Origin: Planktothrix sp. GU0601_MAG3
Lineage (GTDB): Bacteria > Cyanobacteriota > Cyanobacteriia > Cyanobacteriales > Microcoleaceae
Assembly (NCBI GenBank): GCA_035193785.1
Contig: CP136572.1
Location: 2,356,578 to 2,420,577 of the forward strand
Length of the DNA stretch: 64,000 bases
Direction of reading: 5' to 3'
Shown here in pieces: positions 10,858-23,299 of the stretch. The first letter of the stretch is position 1. Each line of letters opens with the position of its first letter. The notes beneath the pieces were generated by a model. The model had not been told where the DNA came from. It did not search any database and saw nothing but the letters and a program-made list of their open reading frames with translations. A program made the position numbers and the translations under genes.

Positions 10858-11431
10858 ATGGTTAGCCATATTGTTGTGACAGAAGGATTGGTTTTTAGGG
10901 AAGACTTTGCCAAAAATTATTTTTTATCTAATTATTTTGAAGAAGTTTTAAAACTTGTTTTAAAGCAGGTTTCTGAAAACGAAAAAGTGTATATTTCTCC
11001 AGGTAATTCCTTTGAATGTCCTGAATCAGAAGAACAGTATGCTGCAAAATATCTCCTAAAACATCGCCCCGAACTCCAGATTTTTGTCCCTGAAAATGTT
11101 AAAGACCGCCCCTATTTGGATACTTTTGATAATGCTAGACTATTAAAAAAATGGTTAGAACAACAGGAACAATGGCCCTTGGGAGAAGTGATTTTATATT
11201 GTAATAAACCCCATGCAATTCGGAGTCAGTTAATGTTTAAACTCTGTGGATATAAGGTTTCAACAGGTGATAACTTCTTATCCTGAACTGGCAAATCGAA
11301 CCATGCCGCTACGTCTTGTATTTTATCATTATTTACCGGCTCATTTACTTTACGAATCGGGAGCTTTGATTTATAATTTAATTAGATTCTGTCAATCAAA
11401 AATACCCTTAAAAATCAATAATAAAACATGA
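10858..11431 (+). CDS. YdcF/DUF218-like protein (apparent frameshift at ~11257)
   Basis: SEEQYAAKYL, DTFDNA, PHAIRS. The corrected frame runs to the TGA overlapping the next ATG (11428). Confidence 0.6.
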
Positions 11432-12453
11432 AACATTTAATCACCGGAGGATCGGGATTTTTAGGCAATTTAATTGCACGGAGATTATATCAACGGGGGG
11501 AAGATGTCACAATTTTAGATATTTGGGAAGATCCTACCCGTCCCCCGGAGATTGAATTTATTAATTGTGATATTTGCGATCGCAACGGGGTAGAAAAAGC
11601 CATGAAAGATATTGATATTGTCCATCATAACGTGGCTTTAGTTCCCCTAACAAAATCCGGTAATAAATTCTGGGAAGTCAACGTAGAAGGCAGTAAAATC
11701 GCCGCCGCCGCCGCCGTAAAAGCCGGAGTTAAAAGTTTTATTCACATGAGCTCTAGCGCCCTATTTGGGGAGGCTGAATGCCCAATTACTAATAATACCC
11801 CCACTAAAGCAGTGGAAATTTATGGACGGGCAAAATTAGCCGGGGAATTAGCTGTTAGAGACATCTGTGATCAAGCTGGTTTACCCCTAATTGTAATTCG
11901 TCCCCGAACTATTTTAGGTGAAGGTAGATTAGGGATTTTCCAGATATTATTTGAATGGATTCAAGAAGGAAAAAACGTTTATGTAATTGGTAGTGGTGAC
12001 GTTAAATTTCAATTTGTCCATGCCCATGATTTGATGGATGCCTATCTTTTAGCTTTGGATTTAGGTCAACCCGGAATCTATAATGTAGGAAGCGATCGCT
12101 TTGGCACATTACGAGAAGGATTAGAACATTTAATTGAATATGCAGCAACAGATTCTCAAGTCAAAAGTTTACCCACAGGATTAACCATTGGCACTTTACA
12201 AATCTTAGATTGGATGGGATTAAGTCCCCTAGCTCCTTGGCATTATTTAACCTATCATAAAGAATTTTATTTTGATGTCGATCCTCTGCTAAAATTAGGC
12301 TGGAAACCCAAATATTCTAATGATGAAATGTTCCGTGAAAGTTATGATTGGTTTAAACAGAACTATAATCAACTACAGGCGGAAAAAGCCGGATCTGCCC
12401 ATCGTCGCCCGGTGAAAGAAAAATTACTTTGGGTATTAAAACAACTGTCTTAA
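11428..12453 (+). CDS. NAD-dependent epimerase/3-beta-HSD-like extended SDR
   Basis: TGGSGFLG, HMSSSA, YGRAK. Confidence 0.88.
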   Translation: MKHLITGGSGFLGNLIARRLYQRGEDVTILDIWEDPTRPPEIEFINCDICDRNGVEKAMKDIDIVHHNVALVPLTKSGNKFWEVNVEGSKIAAAAAVKAGVKSFIHMSSSALFGEAECPITNNTPTKAVEIYGRAKLAGELAVRDICDQAGLPLIVIRPRTILGEGRLGIFQILFEWIQEGKNVYVIGSGDVKFQFVHAHDLMDAYLLALDLGQPGIYNVGSDRFGTLREGLEHLIEYAATDSQVKSLPTGLTIGTLQILDWMGLSPLAPWHYLTYHKEFYFDVDPLLKLGWKPKYSNDEMFRESYDWFKQNYNQLQAEKAGSAHRRPVKEKLLWVLKQLS

Positions 12454-12462
12454 TTATATACT

Positions 12463-12825
12463 GTGAATAACATTAACTCAATCAACTGGATTTCTTGGAG
12501 TTTAGTTTTAATTGCTGCTATTAATAGCGGAATTGGTAACTTGTTACTGAAAAAATCTCGCCTAGAAGCTCCCGACCCAAGTTTATTAACCCTGTTATTA
12601 TCCCCTTGGTTTATTGCAGCTATTATAGTTTATGGGATTAATTTAATTGTGTTTGCTAAAGCCCTGGATAGTTTGCCCGTTTCTACGGCTTATCCTGTAT
12701 TTGCAGCCATTGGTTTTAGCTTAGTGGCATTAACTGGAAGTCTTCTATTAGGCGAGCGGTTTGGCTTGAATCAAATGATCGGATTGGGTTTAATTGTTAC
12801 TGGGATTATTATTATGTCTCGTTAA
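12463..12825 (+). CDS. SMR/EamA-type small 4-TM transporter (ArnE/F-like flippase candidate)
   Basis: 120 aa, four hydrophobic helices, ALDSLPVSTAYP, LLGE. Confidence 0.8.
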   Translation: MNNINSINWISWSLVLIAAINSGIGNLLLKKSRLEAPDPSLLTLLLSPWFIAAIIVYGINLIVFAKALDSLPVSTAYPVFAAIGFSLVALTGSLLLGERFGLNQMIGLGLIVTGIIIMSR

Positions 12826-12847
12826 ATAATTAATTGTTTTTAATATT

Positions 12848-13915
12848 ATGAAAACACCAAAACCAGAGGATTCTACATCAATATTAGAAACCCATAATCA
12901 TCAAACTGATCCCGAATTTGTTCCCGTGAAATCCTCAACTTTGCCCCCCCTAATTAAACTAATTCGCCCCCATCAATGGACAAAAAATCTATTCTGTTTA
13001 GCGGGACTTTTATTTGGGGGGAGACTGTTACAACCCCAGGCGATTCTGTTATCAATATTAACGGTAATTTTTTTCTCAGCCATAGCCTCGGCAATTTATA
13101 TTTTTAATGATATTCAAGATCGGGAACGCGATCGCCTGCATCCCAAAAAAAAGTATCGTCCGATTGCCAGTGGTCAAGTTTCAATTAAAATCGGATTAGC
13201 GATCGCATTTTGTTTAACAATGGTTTCCCTTTTGGGTGCTTATGGGTTAGGAATCCCCACATTAATCTGCATTTTACTCTATGCAATTAATAATATTATT
13301 TATTCTATTAAACTCAAAAATATACCCCTATTTGATGTTAGTTGTATTGCCTTTGGTTTTGTTCTGAGACTATTAGCGGGAATTTATGCGTTAGGGGATA
13401 TGCCGACGGCTTGGATTGTTTTATGTACCTTTTTCCTAACTTTATTTTTAGGCTTTTCTAAACGACGTTCCGAACTCTTATCTTTACTACATTTTCAAAC
13501 TAATCAAACAAATTTTTATCCAGAAACATCCCTACAGCCCGACCTAAAATCACCCAATTCTGAACCTTCTTATTTGGAGTTATTCTATCAACGGGGAAGC
13601 CAAAACCAACAACGTCCAGTTCTGTCTCAATATACCTTACCCTATTTAGATTCTCTCCTGAATAGCACCGCAACTATGACTATTATGTGCTATGCTTTAT
13701 TCACAATAAAATCGGGTAAAAATCCATCCTTAGTGATTACAGTTCCCATTGTTTATTATGCGGTGATGCACTATAAATGGCTAGTTACGGTTTTAGCCGA
13801 TGGAGAAGAACCCAGCCGAATTTTAATTCAAGACCCGACCATTAAATGGAGTTTAATCGTCTGGCTAATTTCCTATTTAGTTATTATCTATTTTAATATT
13901 CACTTATTTGATTAA
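12848..13915 (+). CDS. UbiA-family polyprenyl-phosphate phosphoribosyltransferase (DPPR synthase-like)
   Basis: RPHQWTKN, YIFNDIQDRERDRLHPKKKYRPIASG, GFVLRLLAG, KRRSE. Confidence 0.85.
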   Translation: MKTPKPEDSTSILETHNHQTDPEFVPVKSSTLPPLIKLIRPHQWTKNLFCLAGLLFGGRLLQPQAILLSILTVIFFSAIASAIYIFNDIQDRERDRLHPKKKYRPIASGQVSIKIGLAIAFCLTMVSLLGAYGLGIPTLICILLYAINNIIYSIKLKNIPLFDVSCIAFGFVLRLLAGIYALGDMPTAWIVLCTFFLTLFLGFSKRRSELLSLLHFQTNQTNFYPETSLQPDLKSPNSEPSYLELFYQRGSQNQQRPVLSQYTLPYLDSLLNSTATMTIMCYALFTIKSGKNPSLVITVPIVYYAVMHYKWLVTVLADGEEPSRILIQDPTIKWSLIVWLISYLVIIYFNIHLFD

Positions 13916-14012
13916 TTCGTTTTCACCCTCGTTGTTGCGCTTCAGTCGTCAATTTTTCTTAATATTTCAGAATTAATCAAAACTGTTTCTCCCCTCAAAA
14001 ATCAGACTTTCT

Positions 14013-14177
14013 CCCCATTACCCATTACCCATCACCCATCACCCATTACCCATTACCCATCACCCATTCGTAATTCGTAATTCGTAATTCGTAATTCCCC
14101 ATTCCCCATCACCCATCACCCATCACCCATTCGTAATTCGTAATTCGTAATTCGTAATTCCCCATTCCCCATTCCCC
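14013..14177. repeat. STRR heptamer block (CCCATYA)n/(TTCGTAA)n
   Basis: Alternating runs of the two heptamers. Confidence 0.85.
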
Positions 14178-14253
14178 GAAAACTTTCAGACATTCTCCGA
14201 ATCACCTATGATTAAATCAGAATAGATTAGCTAGAACTTTTAGGACTTAGACA

Positions 14254-17051
14254 ATGGTATCTCCCGAATCCCCATCAATGTCTTCAGATTCAACCTTAGC
14301 ATCTCTCAAAACCTGGCACACCTTGAGTGCGGATCAAACTCTCCAGATCCTTAATACAGATAGTGAAACCGGGTTAACGTCACGAGAGGTGATTGAGCGT
14401 CAACAACAGTATGGTCTGAATGAATTAAAAGAAGCTCCCGGTCGCAGTACCTTAGAGATTTTATGGGATCAGTTCACGAATATTATGCTCGTGATGCTGA
14501 TTGCTGTGGCCATTGTATCCGCCGTGATTGATTTTCGCAAAGGAAACTTTCCCAAGGACGCCGTTGCTATTTTTTCAATTGTGATTTTGAATGGGATGTT
14601 GGGCTATTTCCAAGAAAGCCGGGCAGAACAGGCTTTAGCCGCCCTGAAACGAATGTCTTCCCCCAGAGTGCGGGTGGTGCGGGACGGCAAAATGCTAGAA
14701 CTAGCCGCGAAAGAACTGGTTCCAGGGGATATCATGTTTCTGGAAGCTGGGGTGCAAATTCCGGCTGATGGTCGCCTAGTGGAAGCCCAAAATTTGCAGG
14801 TGCGGGAGGCGGCTTTAACCGGGGAAGCAGAAGCGGTCATTAAAAAACCCAGTGTGGAGTTGACGGAAGATGCTCCCCTAGGCGATCGGATTAATATGGT
14901 ATTTATGGGGACGGAAGTGATTCAGGGACGGGGACAAGTCATCGTTACCAATACCGGAATGACCACGGAAACTCGGACGCATCGCCGAAATGATCCAGGG
15001 GGTAGAAACGGAACCAACACCCCTCCAGCAACGGATGACCCAGTTAGGAAATGTGCTAGTTAGTGGGTCTTTGGCCTTAGTTGCCCTAATTGTGGTGGGT
15101 GGGGTGATCAAAACCGGCAGTTTTCAGAGTTTAGAGGATTTATTAGAAGTATCCCTGAGTATGGCGGTGGCGGTAGTTCCCGAGGGTTTACCGGCGGTGG
15201 TGACGGTGACTTTGGCTATTGGTACCCAAAGAATGGTCAAACGCCATGCTTTAATTCGCAAACTCCCGGCGGTGGAAACCTTGGGTTCTGTGACAACTAT
15301 TTGTTCGGATAAAACCGGAACTCTCACCCAAAATAAAATGGTGGTGCAATCGGTTCAGACCTTTGATCAAGTGTTTCAAGTCACGGGAGAAGGGTATGAT
15401 CCGGTGGGGGAATTAATACCGATAACCTCAGAACAAAATAACACGATTTCCTCAGATTATAAAATTTTAGAACCGATTTTAAATGCTTGTGTTTTGTGCA
15501 ATGATGCCCAATTACAACAGGATAATCATAAATGGATTATTTTAGGAGATCCCACGGAAGGAGCTTTATTATCCTTAGCTGGAAAAGTAGGTTTATTTAG
15601 AGATATTCAAAATCACAAAAAACCCCGCTTGGCTGAAATTCCTTTCTCCTCAGAACGGAAGCGGATGAGTGTAATTTGTCAACTTCAAGACTCGGAAAAT
15701 CCTGAATATGTGATGTTTACTAAGGGATCACCGGAGTTGATTTTAGCTCAATGTACTTCGGTTCTTGTCGGTCATCAAAATGTTTTTTTAGCAGAAGCAG
15801 ACCGTCAACAAATTCTCGAACAAAATAATGAAATGGCGGGGAAAGGTTTACGGGTTTTAGGATTTGCGACTCGATCTTTAACAATATTACCGCCAGAAGC
15901 AGAAGAAGAAACCGCCGAACAGGAATTAGTTTGGTTAGGATTAGTCGGAATGTTAGACGCGCCCCGTCCTGAAGCGCGAGAGGCGGTTAAACTATGTCGA
16001 GAAGCGGGAATTCGTGCGGTGATGATTACTGGAGATCATCAATTAACTGCAAAAGTGATTGCTCAAGATTTAGGCATTGCCGAATTAGATAGTTTAAGTT
16101 TAACCGGTCAGGAATTACAGAAATTAACTCAAACGGAATTAGAGGAAAAAGTTGAACAGGTGAGTGTTTACGCCCGGGTTTCTCCTGAACATAAACTGCG
16201 GATTGTTCAAGCATTGCAAAAAAATGGTGAATTTGTAGCTATGACCGGGGATGGAGTGAATGATGCTCCGGCTTTGAAACAAGCAGATATCGGTATTGCT
16301 ATGGGAATTACTGGAACCGATGTTAGTAAAGAAGCCAGTGATATGATTTTGTTGGATGATAACTTTGCTACCATCGTTGCCGCGACCGAAGAAGGGCGAG
16401 TTGTTTATAGTAATATTCGCCGTTTTATTAAATATATTCTCGGTAGTAATATTGGGGAAGTGTTAGTGATTGCGGCTTCTCCCCTTTTAGGCGGGGGTGT
16501 GCCCTTAATCCCTTTACAAATTTTATGGATGAACCTTGTTACCGATGGTTTACCCGCTTTAGCATTAGCAATGGAACCGGCTGAAACCTGCGGTCATGCA
16601 ACGCCCCCCCTATAATCCCCGGGAAAGTATTTTTGCGCGAGGATTAGGGTTATATATGGTGAGAATTGGGATTGTTTTTGCCATTTTAACGATTGTTTTG
16701 ATGGTTTGGGCTTACAACTATACTCAAGACACTCCTAACCCTGACCGTTGGAAAACCATGGTTTTTACAACATTATGTTTAGCCCAAATGGGTCACGCTT
16801 TAGCAGTTCGTTCCGATACTCAATTAACCATCCAAATGAATCCTAAAACCAACCCCTATTTGTGGGGTGCTGTGGGGTTAACAACAGTGCTTCAGTTACT
16901 CTTAATTTATTTTCCTCCCTTCCAAAGTTTCTTTGGAACTCACTTTTTGAATTTTACTGAGTTATCAATTTGTCTGGGTTTTAGTGCCTTAATGTTTATT
17001 TGGATTGAAATGGAAAAACTGGTTTATAAGTGGTGGATTAATCGTCGCTAA
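14254..17051 (+). CDS. P-type IIA cation (Ca2+-type) ATPase; apparent frameshifts at ~14968 and ~16583
   Basis: [34 protein letters not shown]. Confidence 0.9.
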
Positions 17052-17384
17052 TTGATGTGAAAAATAAAACCCGTATTTACTCAGATTGACGTTTGACAGG
17101 GTTAATGGTAGGTTTGCACAAGAACAAAAGGCACAGAAAATCAGTAAACAATCAATAGAGTGGGAATAAATAGTACCTGGTGCTGTTTATTCCCCTAACC
17201 TTTGGTGTAGTCCTGAGTTGGGAACTCCCTATCCTAGCCTTCCTTTGAAGTCGTTGTCTATCACCAGACTCAAATCCACTATAGTAGTATTCCAAATTAT
17301 CAAACTGGAACATTCCATTAGGAATTTCTATTATTGTGTTTTAGTGTTTCCTGTTCTCTACCATAAATTCCTCCACAAATACCT

Positions 17385-18876
17385 ATGAGTTTCTTGAATC
17401 TGATTTCATTTTTAGGAATTTTCGGCCTTTGCTTTATTGCTTGGTTATTTTCAGAAAATAGAAAAGTTGTCCCTTGGCGAACCATGGGTTTAGGGATTGG
17501 CCTACAATTAGTTTTAGCCTTTCTAGTCTTTCTGTTTCCACCTACAAGAACGGGCTTAGAATGGTTTAGTAGTCTTCTCGATAGTTTGTTTTATGCCGCT
17601 GATACCGGGGCTAGATTTGTCTTTGGAAAAAATATTGTTCCCCTGCCCGGAAAAACTCCCGATGTTAATTTAGGTTATATTTTTGCCTTTCGCGCCCTAC
17701 CTACGGTGATCTTTTTCTCCGGTTTAATGGCACTATTATATAACTTAGGGGTGATTCAAGTTGTTACTAATGTTTTTGCTAAGTTATTCTATAAAACCAT
17801 GCGCTTAAGTGGGGCAGAAGCCCTAAGCGGAGCAGCTAATATTTTTGTGGGAATTGAAGCCGCCATTGTGGTCAAGCCCTATTTAGAAAAGATGACCCGC
17901 TCCGAACTCTGTGCTATTTTAACCTGTTGTTTTGGAACGGCAGCCTCATCTACCCTCGCCATTTATGTTAGTTTCTTAAAACCTGTTTTTCCTAATATTT
18001 TAGGACATTTAGTTTCCGCTTCAATTATGGCAATTCCCGCCTGTTTTGTCATTTCTAAAATTTTAGTTCCTGAAACGGAAAAACCCCTAACTTTAGGGAT
18101 GCTACCAGAAGAAAAGCCAGAAGAAAACTTAATCATTCATGAAGATGGAGAACATAAATTACAAACCGTTGGCGGAGAATTAATTGATCAAGTTAGTCCC
18201 TTAGATTCAGCAATTATTGGGGCATTAGATGGCGTTAAAATGTCCGTTGCCATTGCCGCAATTTTAATATTAATTTTGGGATTACTTTCCTTAGTTAATC
18301 AATTTTCAGCTTGGTTAGGTCTGTTACCAAGTCCAGTCGGAGACGTTTTTCAATTCCTGACTTTAGCGAATATTTTGGGATTTATTTTTTATCCCTTAAC
18401 CATTTTAACCGGGATTTCCTTTGATGATTCTTGGACAGCTTCCGTCATTATTGGCCGTCGTTTATTAGAAACAGCCATTCCCCCCTATCAAGCCTTAGCA
18501 GAAGCCGCCAAAGAAGGTTTAATTACTCCTAGAACAGTCTTAATTGTTAGTTATGCCCTATCGGGTTTTGCCCATGTTGCTTCCGTGGGAATTTTTGTCG
18601 GGGGTATGGTGGGTTTAGTTTCCCTCCCGCCGGAAAGATATTTCCGAATTGGGTTGGAAAGCCCTATTGGGCGGAACCTTGGCCACAATGATGATTGCCT
18701 GTTTAGCCGGATTCTACGATAATGGTAATCCCAGCATTATGGGAGAACCCGCGGCCACTCCTCCGGCCGTCAGTACCCCAGCAGCCCCAAATACAACGGT
18801 TTCCCCCTCCCCAACTTCAGCACCAAAGGTCAGTCCTTCTCCTAAACCGACTGTTTCTCCCTCTCCTAAGTCTTAA
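17385..18876 (+). CDS. CNT/NupC-family nucleoside transporter with Pro/Ser-rich tail; apparent frameshift at ~18618
   Basis: [40 protein letters not shown]. Confidence 0.88.
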
Positions 18877-18878
18877 TA

Positions 18879-19230
18879 GGAGCAGGGGGAGCAGGGGAGC
18901 AGGGGGAGCAGGGGGAGCAGGGGGAGCAGGGGGAGCAGGGGGAGCAGGGGGAGCAGGGGGAGCAGGGGGGGCAGGGGGAGCAGGGGGAGCAGGGGGAGCA
19001 GGGGGAGCAGGGGGAGCAGGGGGGCAGGGGAGGTAGATTCTTTCTATTATCCAAAACCCAAAACCCAAAACCCATTACCCATTCGTAATTCGTAATTCGT
19101 AATTCGTAATTACCCAAAACTCATTACCCAAAACCCATTACCCATTACCCATTACCCATTACCCAAAACCCATTACCCAAAACCCATTACCCATTACCCA
19201 TTACCCATTACCCATTACCCATTCGTAATT
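18879..19230 (+). repeat. Composite repeat: (GCAGGGGGA)n + unique core + heptamer runs
   Basis: About 16 nonamers, the core aggtagattctttctattatccaaaaccca, then TTCGTAA/CCCATTA runs. An inverted copy is at 30419-30647. Confidence 0.85.
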
Positions 19231-19238
19231 TCACTTAC

Positions 19239-21033
19239 ATGACGAATATTGTTCTAACCCTTAGTATTGTAATTCTGGCTTTAATTGCCTTCGTTTTTGA
19301 GTGGCTTCCTGTTGATTTAACTGCCCTTACTGTTACCGTTGTTTTAATGCTTTTGAAGTTAGTTACACCCGATGAAGGAATATCTGGGTTTGGTAACTCC
19401 GCCACCATTACGGTGATGGCAATGTTTATTTTAAGTGCCGGGATTACGAAAACTGGGGTAGTACAAACCGTTCGAGATTGGTTATTGAAATGGGGAGGAA
19501 CAACGGCCAGCCAACAAATTTTAGTTATGGGTTTAATTGTTGGGCCGATTACTGCTTTTATTAATAATACGGCTGTTGTCGCAATTTTCTTACCAATTGT
19601 CGAAGATTGGTGTCGTAAACAAAAAATTTCCCCCTCTAAATTATTAATTCCCCTATCTTATGCGACGGTTTTGGGGGGGATGATTACCGTCATTGGCACC
19701 TCAACTAACGTTTTAGCCAGTGGCATTTCTAAACAAATGGGATATGGGGAATTTCAATTATTTCAGTTTACCGTATTAGGAATTATTACTTTTACGATTG
19801 GGATTATTTATCTGGCACTGATTGCCCCTCTACTCTTACCTGACCGCAAACCAGCAAATTTTGATATGCTGCAAAACGAATATGGTTTAAAAGATTATGT
19901 CAGTGAATTAGTCATTACCCCCCGTTCTAGCCTAGTGGGACAAACCCTTAAAGAGAGTGAAATTCAACGCAAATTTGACTTGGATGTGTTAGAACTCATT
20001 CAAAATAATATGCGGTTTGCTCAACCTTTAGCCGATAAAATATTAAGTGTCGGAGATATTTTAATTGTCCGAAGTAGTCGAGATGATTTACTAAAAATTA
20101 GAGATGAAAAAGGGTTAGATATTCTTCCCGATGTTAAATTCAAGGAAGAATCTTTAGAGACTATTTTGAGTTCTGGACAGGAAAAAATAGCCGAAGTCCT
20201 GATTTTATCTAATTCTCGGTTAATTGGAACCACTTTAAAGGATTTAAGATTCCGTCAACGCTACAACGCCACGGTTTTAGCCATTCGTCGAGGTTCAGAA
20301 TTAGTGCAAGGACGATTAGGGAAAGTACCCCTACGATTTGGAGATTTACTCTTACTTCAAGGCCCAAAACAAAGTTTTGTTGGGTTACAAACCACCCGGG
20401 AACTTCTGGTTTTAGAAGAACGAGATGTAGAAACCTTAAGACAGGATAAAGCTTGGATTGCCCTGGCGATTATTTTGGGTGTTATTGTTCTTGCAGCCTT
20501 TGAAATTATGCCCATTTTAGTTAGTGCTTTAGCGGGTGTAATCTTAATGGTAATTACCGGATGTCTCAAACCCGGAGAAATTTATGGTTTCTGTGCGTTG
20601 GGATGTGATATTTCTCCTAGCGGGATTAATTCCATTAGGAATAGCTATGGATAAATCCGGCGCTACCCAATGGTTAGCTGATACCTTAGTTGGTTTGGGT
20701 AGTAATTTATCCGGTTATTGGATTTTATTATTATTCTATATTGCCACCTCGATTCTGACAGAAATTCTTTCTAATAATGCCACGGTTGTATTGATGATTC
20801 CGGTTGCGGTAAAAGTTGCAGTCGCATTAGGTTTAAATCCCTTTGCTTTTATGTATGCGGTAACTTTTGCTGCTTCTAATAGTTATATGACCCCCATTGG
20901 TTATCAGACTAATACAATGGTTTATAGTCCCGGTGGATATAAATTTTTCGACTTTACCCGGGTGGGTGCTCCCTTGAGTATAATCCTAGCAATTATTACC
21001 CCATTATTAATTATTTGGCTATATGGATTATAG
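19239..21033 (+). CDS. SLC13/DASS permease with TrkA-C domains; apparent frameshift at ~20587
   Basis: FINNTAVV, GTSTN, LSNNAT, TPIGYQTN. Confidence 0.88.
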
Positions 21034-21061
21034 TAGTAAGCCCTTCAGGGCTAACAGGTCT

Positions 21062-21997
21062 ATGAAAAAATCAGCAATTTTATCGGGTTTAATCGGGGTT
21101 TGTGTGGGGGATGCTTTGGGTGTTCCGGTGGAATTTACCAGCCGCCAAGACCGTCTAAAAAACCCCATTACAACCATGACGGGCTATGGAACTCATCGAC
21201 AACCACCGGGTACTTGGTCGGATGATAGTTCCTTGATGTTATGTTTAGCAGATAGTCTTTGTCAGGGCTATAATTTACAAGCGATCGCCGCATCTTTTTG
21301 TCGTTGGCGCTATCATCAAGAATGGACAGCCCATGGGGTGATATTTGATATTGGAGGAACCACCCATAACGCGATTCAAAACCTACAAAAAGGGGTAAAT
21401 CCCGTGGAAGCTGGAGAAACTAATGAACGCAGCAATGGTAATGGTTCTTTGATGCGAATTTTGCCCATGGCTTATTTATATTCTTCGGTGTCATTCTATC
21501 AATTAATCCAGTGGGTGCATGAATGTTCCTGTTTAACCCATGGTCATCTCCGTTGCCAAATTGCCTGCGGAATTTATATTAGTATTGCTGTTAAATTACT
21601 CCAAGGATTAGATCTAAAATCCGCCTACCTTCAAGGCATAGAAGCCATAAAACCCATTTATTATCATCCCAGTTTAACCACAGAATCTTCTCGGTTTCAA
21701 CGCATTTTAACGGGTAATATTGATCAGTTATCAATTGATGAAATTCAATCGGGAGGTTATGTGATTCATACCCTAGAAGCCTCTTTATGGTGTTTATTAA
21801 CCACATCTTCATACCCAGAAGCTATTCTTAAAGCCGTTAATTTAGGAGAAGATACCGACACAACAGCAGCAGTCACGGGAGGTTTAGCCGGAATTTATTA
21901 TGGGTTTAATAATATTCCCTCGGAATGGGTTGAACAAATAGCCCGAAAAGATGATATTATTGCCTTAGCTGATCGATTAGAACAAACCATTGAGTGA
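21062..21997 (+). CDS. ADP-ribosylglycohydrolase (DraG/ARH family)
   Basis: GDALGVPVE, WSDDS, NGNGSLMR, GEDTDTTAAVTG. Confidence 0.9.
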   Translation: MKKSAILSGLIGVCVGDALGVPVEFTSRQDRLKNPITTMTGYGTHRQPPGTWSDDSSLMLCLADSLCQGYNLQAIAASFCRWRYHQEWTAHGVIFDIGGTTHNAIQNLQKGVNPVEAGETNERSNGNGSLMRILPMAYLYSSVSFYQLIQWVHECSCLTHGHLRCQIACGIYISIAVKLLQGLDLKSAYLQGIEAIKPIYYHPSLTTESSRFQRILTGNIDQLSIDEIQSGGYVIHTLEASLWCLLTTSSYPEAILKAVNLGEDTDTTAAVTGGLAGIYYGFNNIPSEWVEQIARKDDIIALADRLEQTIE

Positions 21998-22028
21998 TTA
22001 TCTGAAATAATACTAACTTCGATTAAAA

Positions 22029-22592
22029 ATGACTCAAATCGCCCTTTTTGGAACCAGTGCAGATCCTCCAACTTCAGGACATCAAGCGATTCTGCTTTGG
22101 TTGTCTCAACGATTTGATAAAGTTGTAGTTTGGGCATCGGATAATCCCTTTAAAACTCACCAAAATTTATTAGAACATCGGATGGCAATGCTATCATTAT
22201 TAATCGAGGAAATCAACGCCCCGAAAAAAAATATTGCTTTGCATCCTGAACTCAGTAGTCGCCGAACCTTGGAAACTTTAAAAAGGGCTAAAAACCATTG
22301 GTCTGATGCCGAATATACCTTGGTGGTGGGTGCGGATTTAATTCAACAAATTCCCCAGTGGTATCAGATAGAAACCCTGTTAAAACAGGTAGAATTATTA
22401 ATTATCCCGCGACCGGGTTATCCGGTGATAGAAACGGACTTAGAGCACCTCAAAAAATTAGGTGCAACCCTGACCATTGCCAACGTAACGGGTTTACCAG
22501 TTTCCTCAAGTCACTATCGCCAAACGGGTAATATAGAGGTTTTAACGCCCCCAATACAAGCCTATATTAACCGAGAAAAATTATATGAATAA
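22029..22592 (+). CDS. nadD: Nicotinate-nucleotide adenylyltransferase
   Basis: FGTSADPPTSGH, VVGAD, VSSS. Confidence 0.88.
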   Translation: MTQIALFGTSADPPTSGHQAILLWLSQRFDKVVVWASDNPFKTHQNLLEHRMAMLSLLIEEINAPKKNIALHPELSSRRTLETLKRAKNHWSDAEYTLVVGADLIQQIPQWYQIETLLKQVELLIIPRPGYPVIETDLEHLKKLGATLTIANVTGLPVSSSHYRQTGNIEVLTPPIQAYINREKLYE

Positions 22593-23299
22593 AACTTTGA
22601 TCTTAGAAGATTTTAAAGTTGGTGTTGATAATGTCATTTTTTCGGTTGATACCGGACAAAATCGTCTATTAGTTTTATTGGTAAAACGAAAAGAAGAAAC
22701 CCTTTATCGAGACTTGGAGTTTACCAGGAACTTTAGTTCAAAAAAGAGAATCTTTAGAGGATGCCGCCTATCGGATTTTATCAGAAAAAATTCGGGTTGA
22801 GAATTTATATTTAGAACAATTATATACCTTTGGGGGGCCAGAACGTGACCCCAGAGAAGCCCCAGATTCCTATAATATTCGTTATTTATCCGTGAGTTAT
22901 TTTGCCATAGTTCGGTTTGAAGAAGCGGAATTAATTACTGATACAGTAACCGGAATTGCTTGGTATCCCATTGATCAAATTCCTAATTTAGCCTTTGATC
23001 ATAATCAAATTTTAGACTATGGTTATCGTCGATTGAAAAATAAATTAGAATATAGTCCCGTGGCTTTTGATGTTTTACCCGAATTATTTACATTAGGGGA
23101 TTTATACCAATTTTATACAACTATTTTAGGAGAAGGATTTTCCGATTATTCTAATTTTAGAACCCGGTTACTCAAGTTAGGATTTCTCTATGATACCGGG
23201 GTGAAAACATCCCGAGGGGCGGGTAGACCTGCCAGTTTATATCGATTTGATGCGGAAGCTTTTGCCCCCTTAAAAGATAAACCCCTAGTATTTGTTTGA
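22585..23299 (+). CDS. nrtR: Nudix-related transcriptional regulator; apparent frameshift at ~22696
   Basis: [13 protein letters not shown] (corrected frame), LAFDH, and a winged-helix tail [14 protein letters not shown]. Confidence 0.85.

Noticed and set aside
18722..19117. Gly-Ala, Pro-Ala and Cys-Ser-Pro repeat ORFs (also 30305-30714)
   Set aside because: They are translations of a 9-bp intergenic repeat in several frames, with no credible starts.
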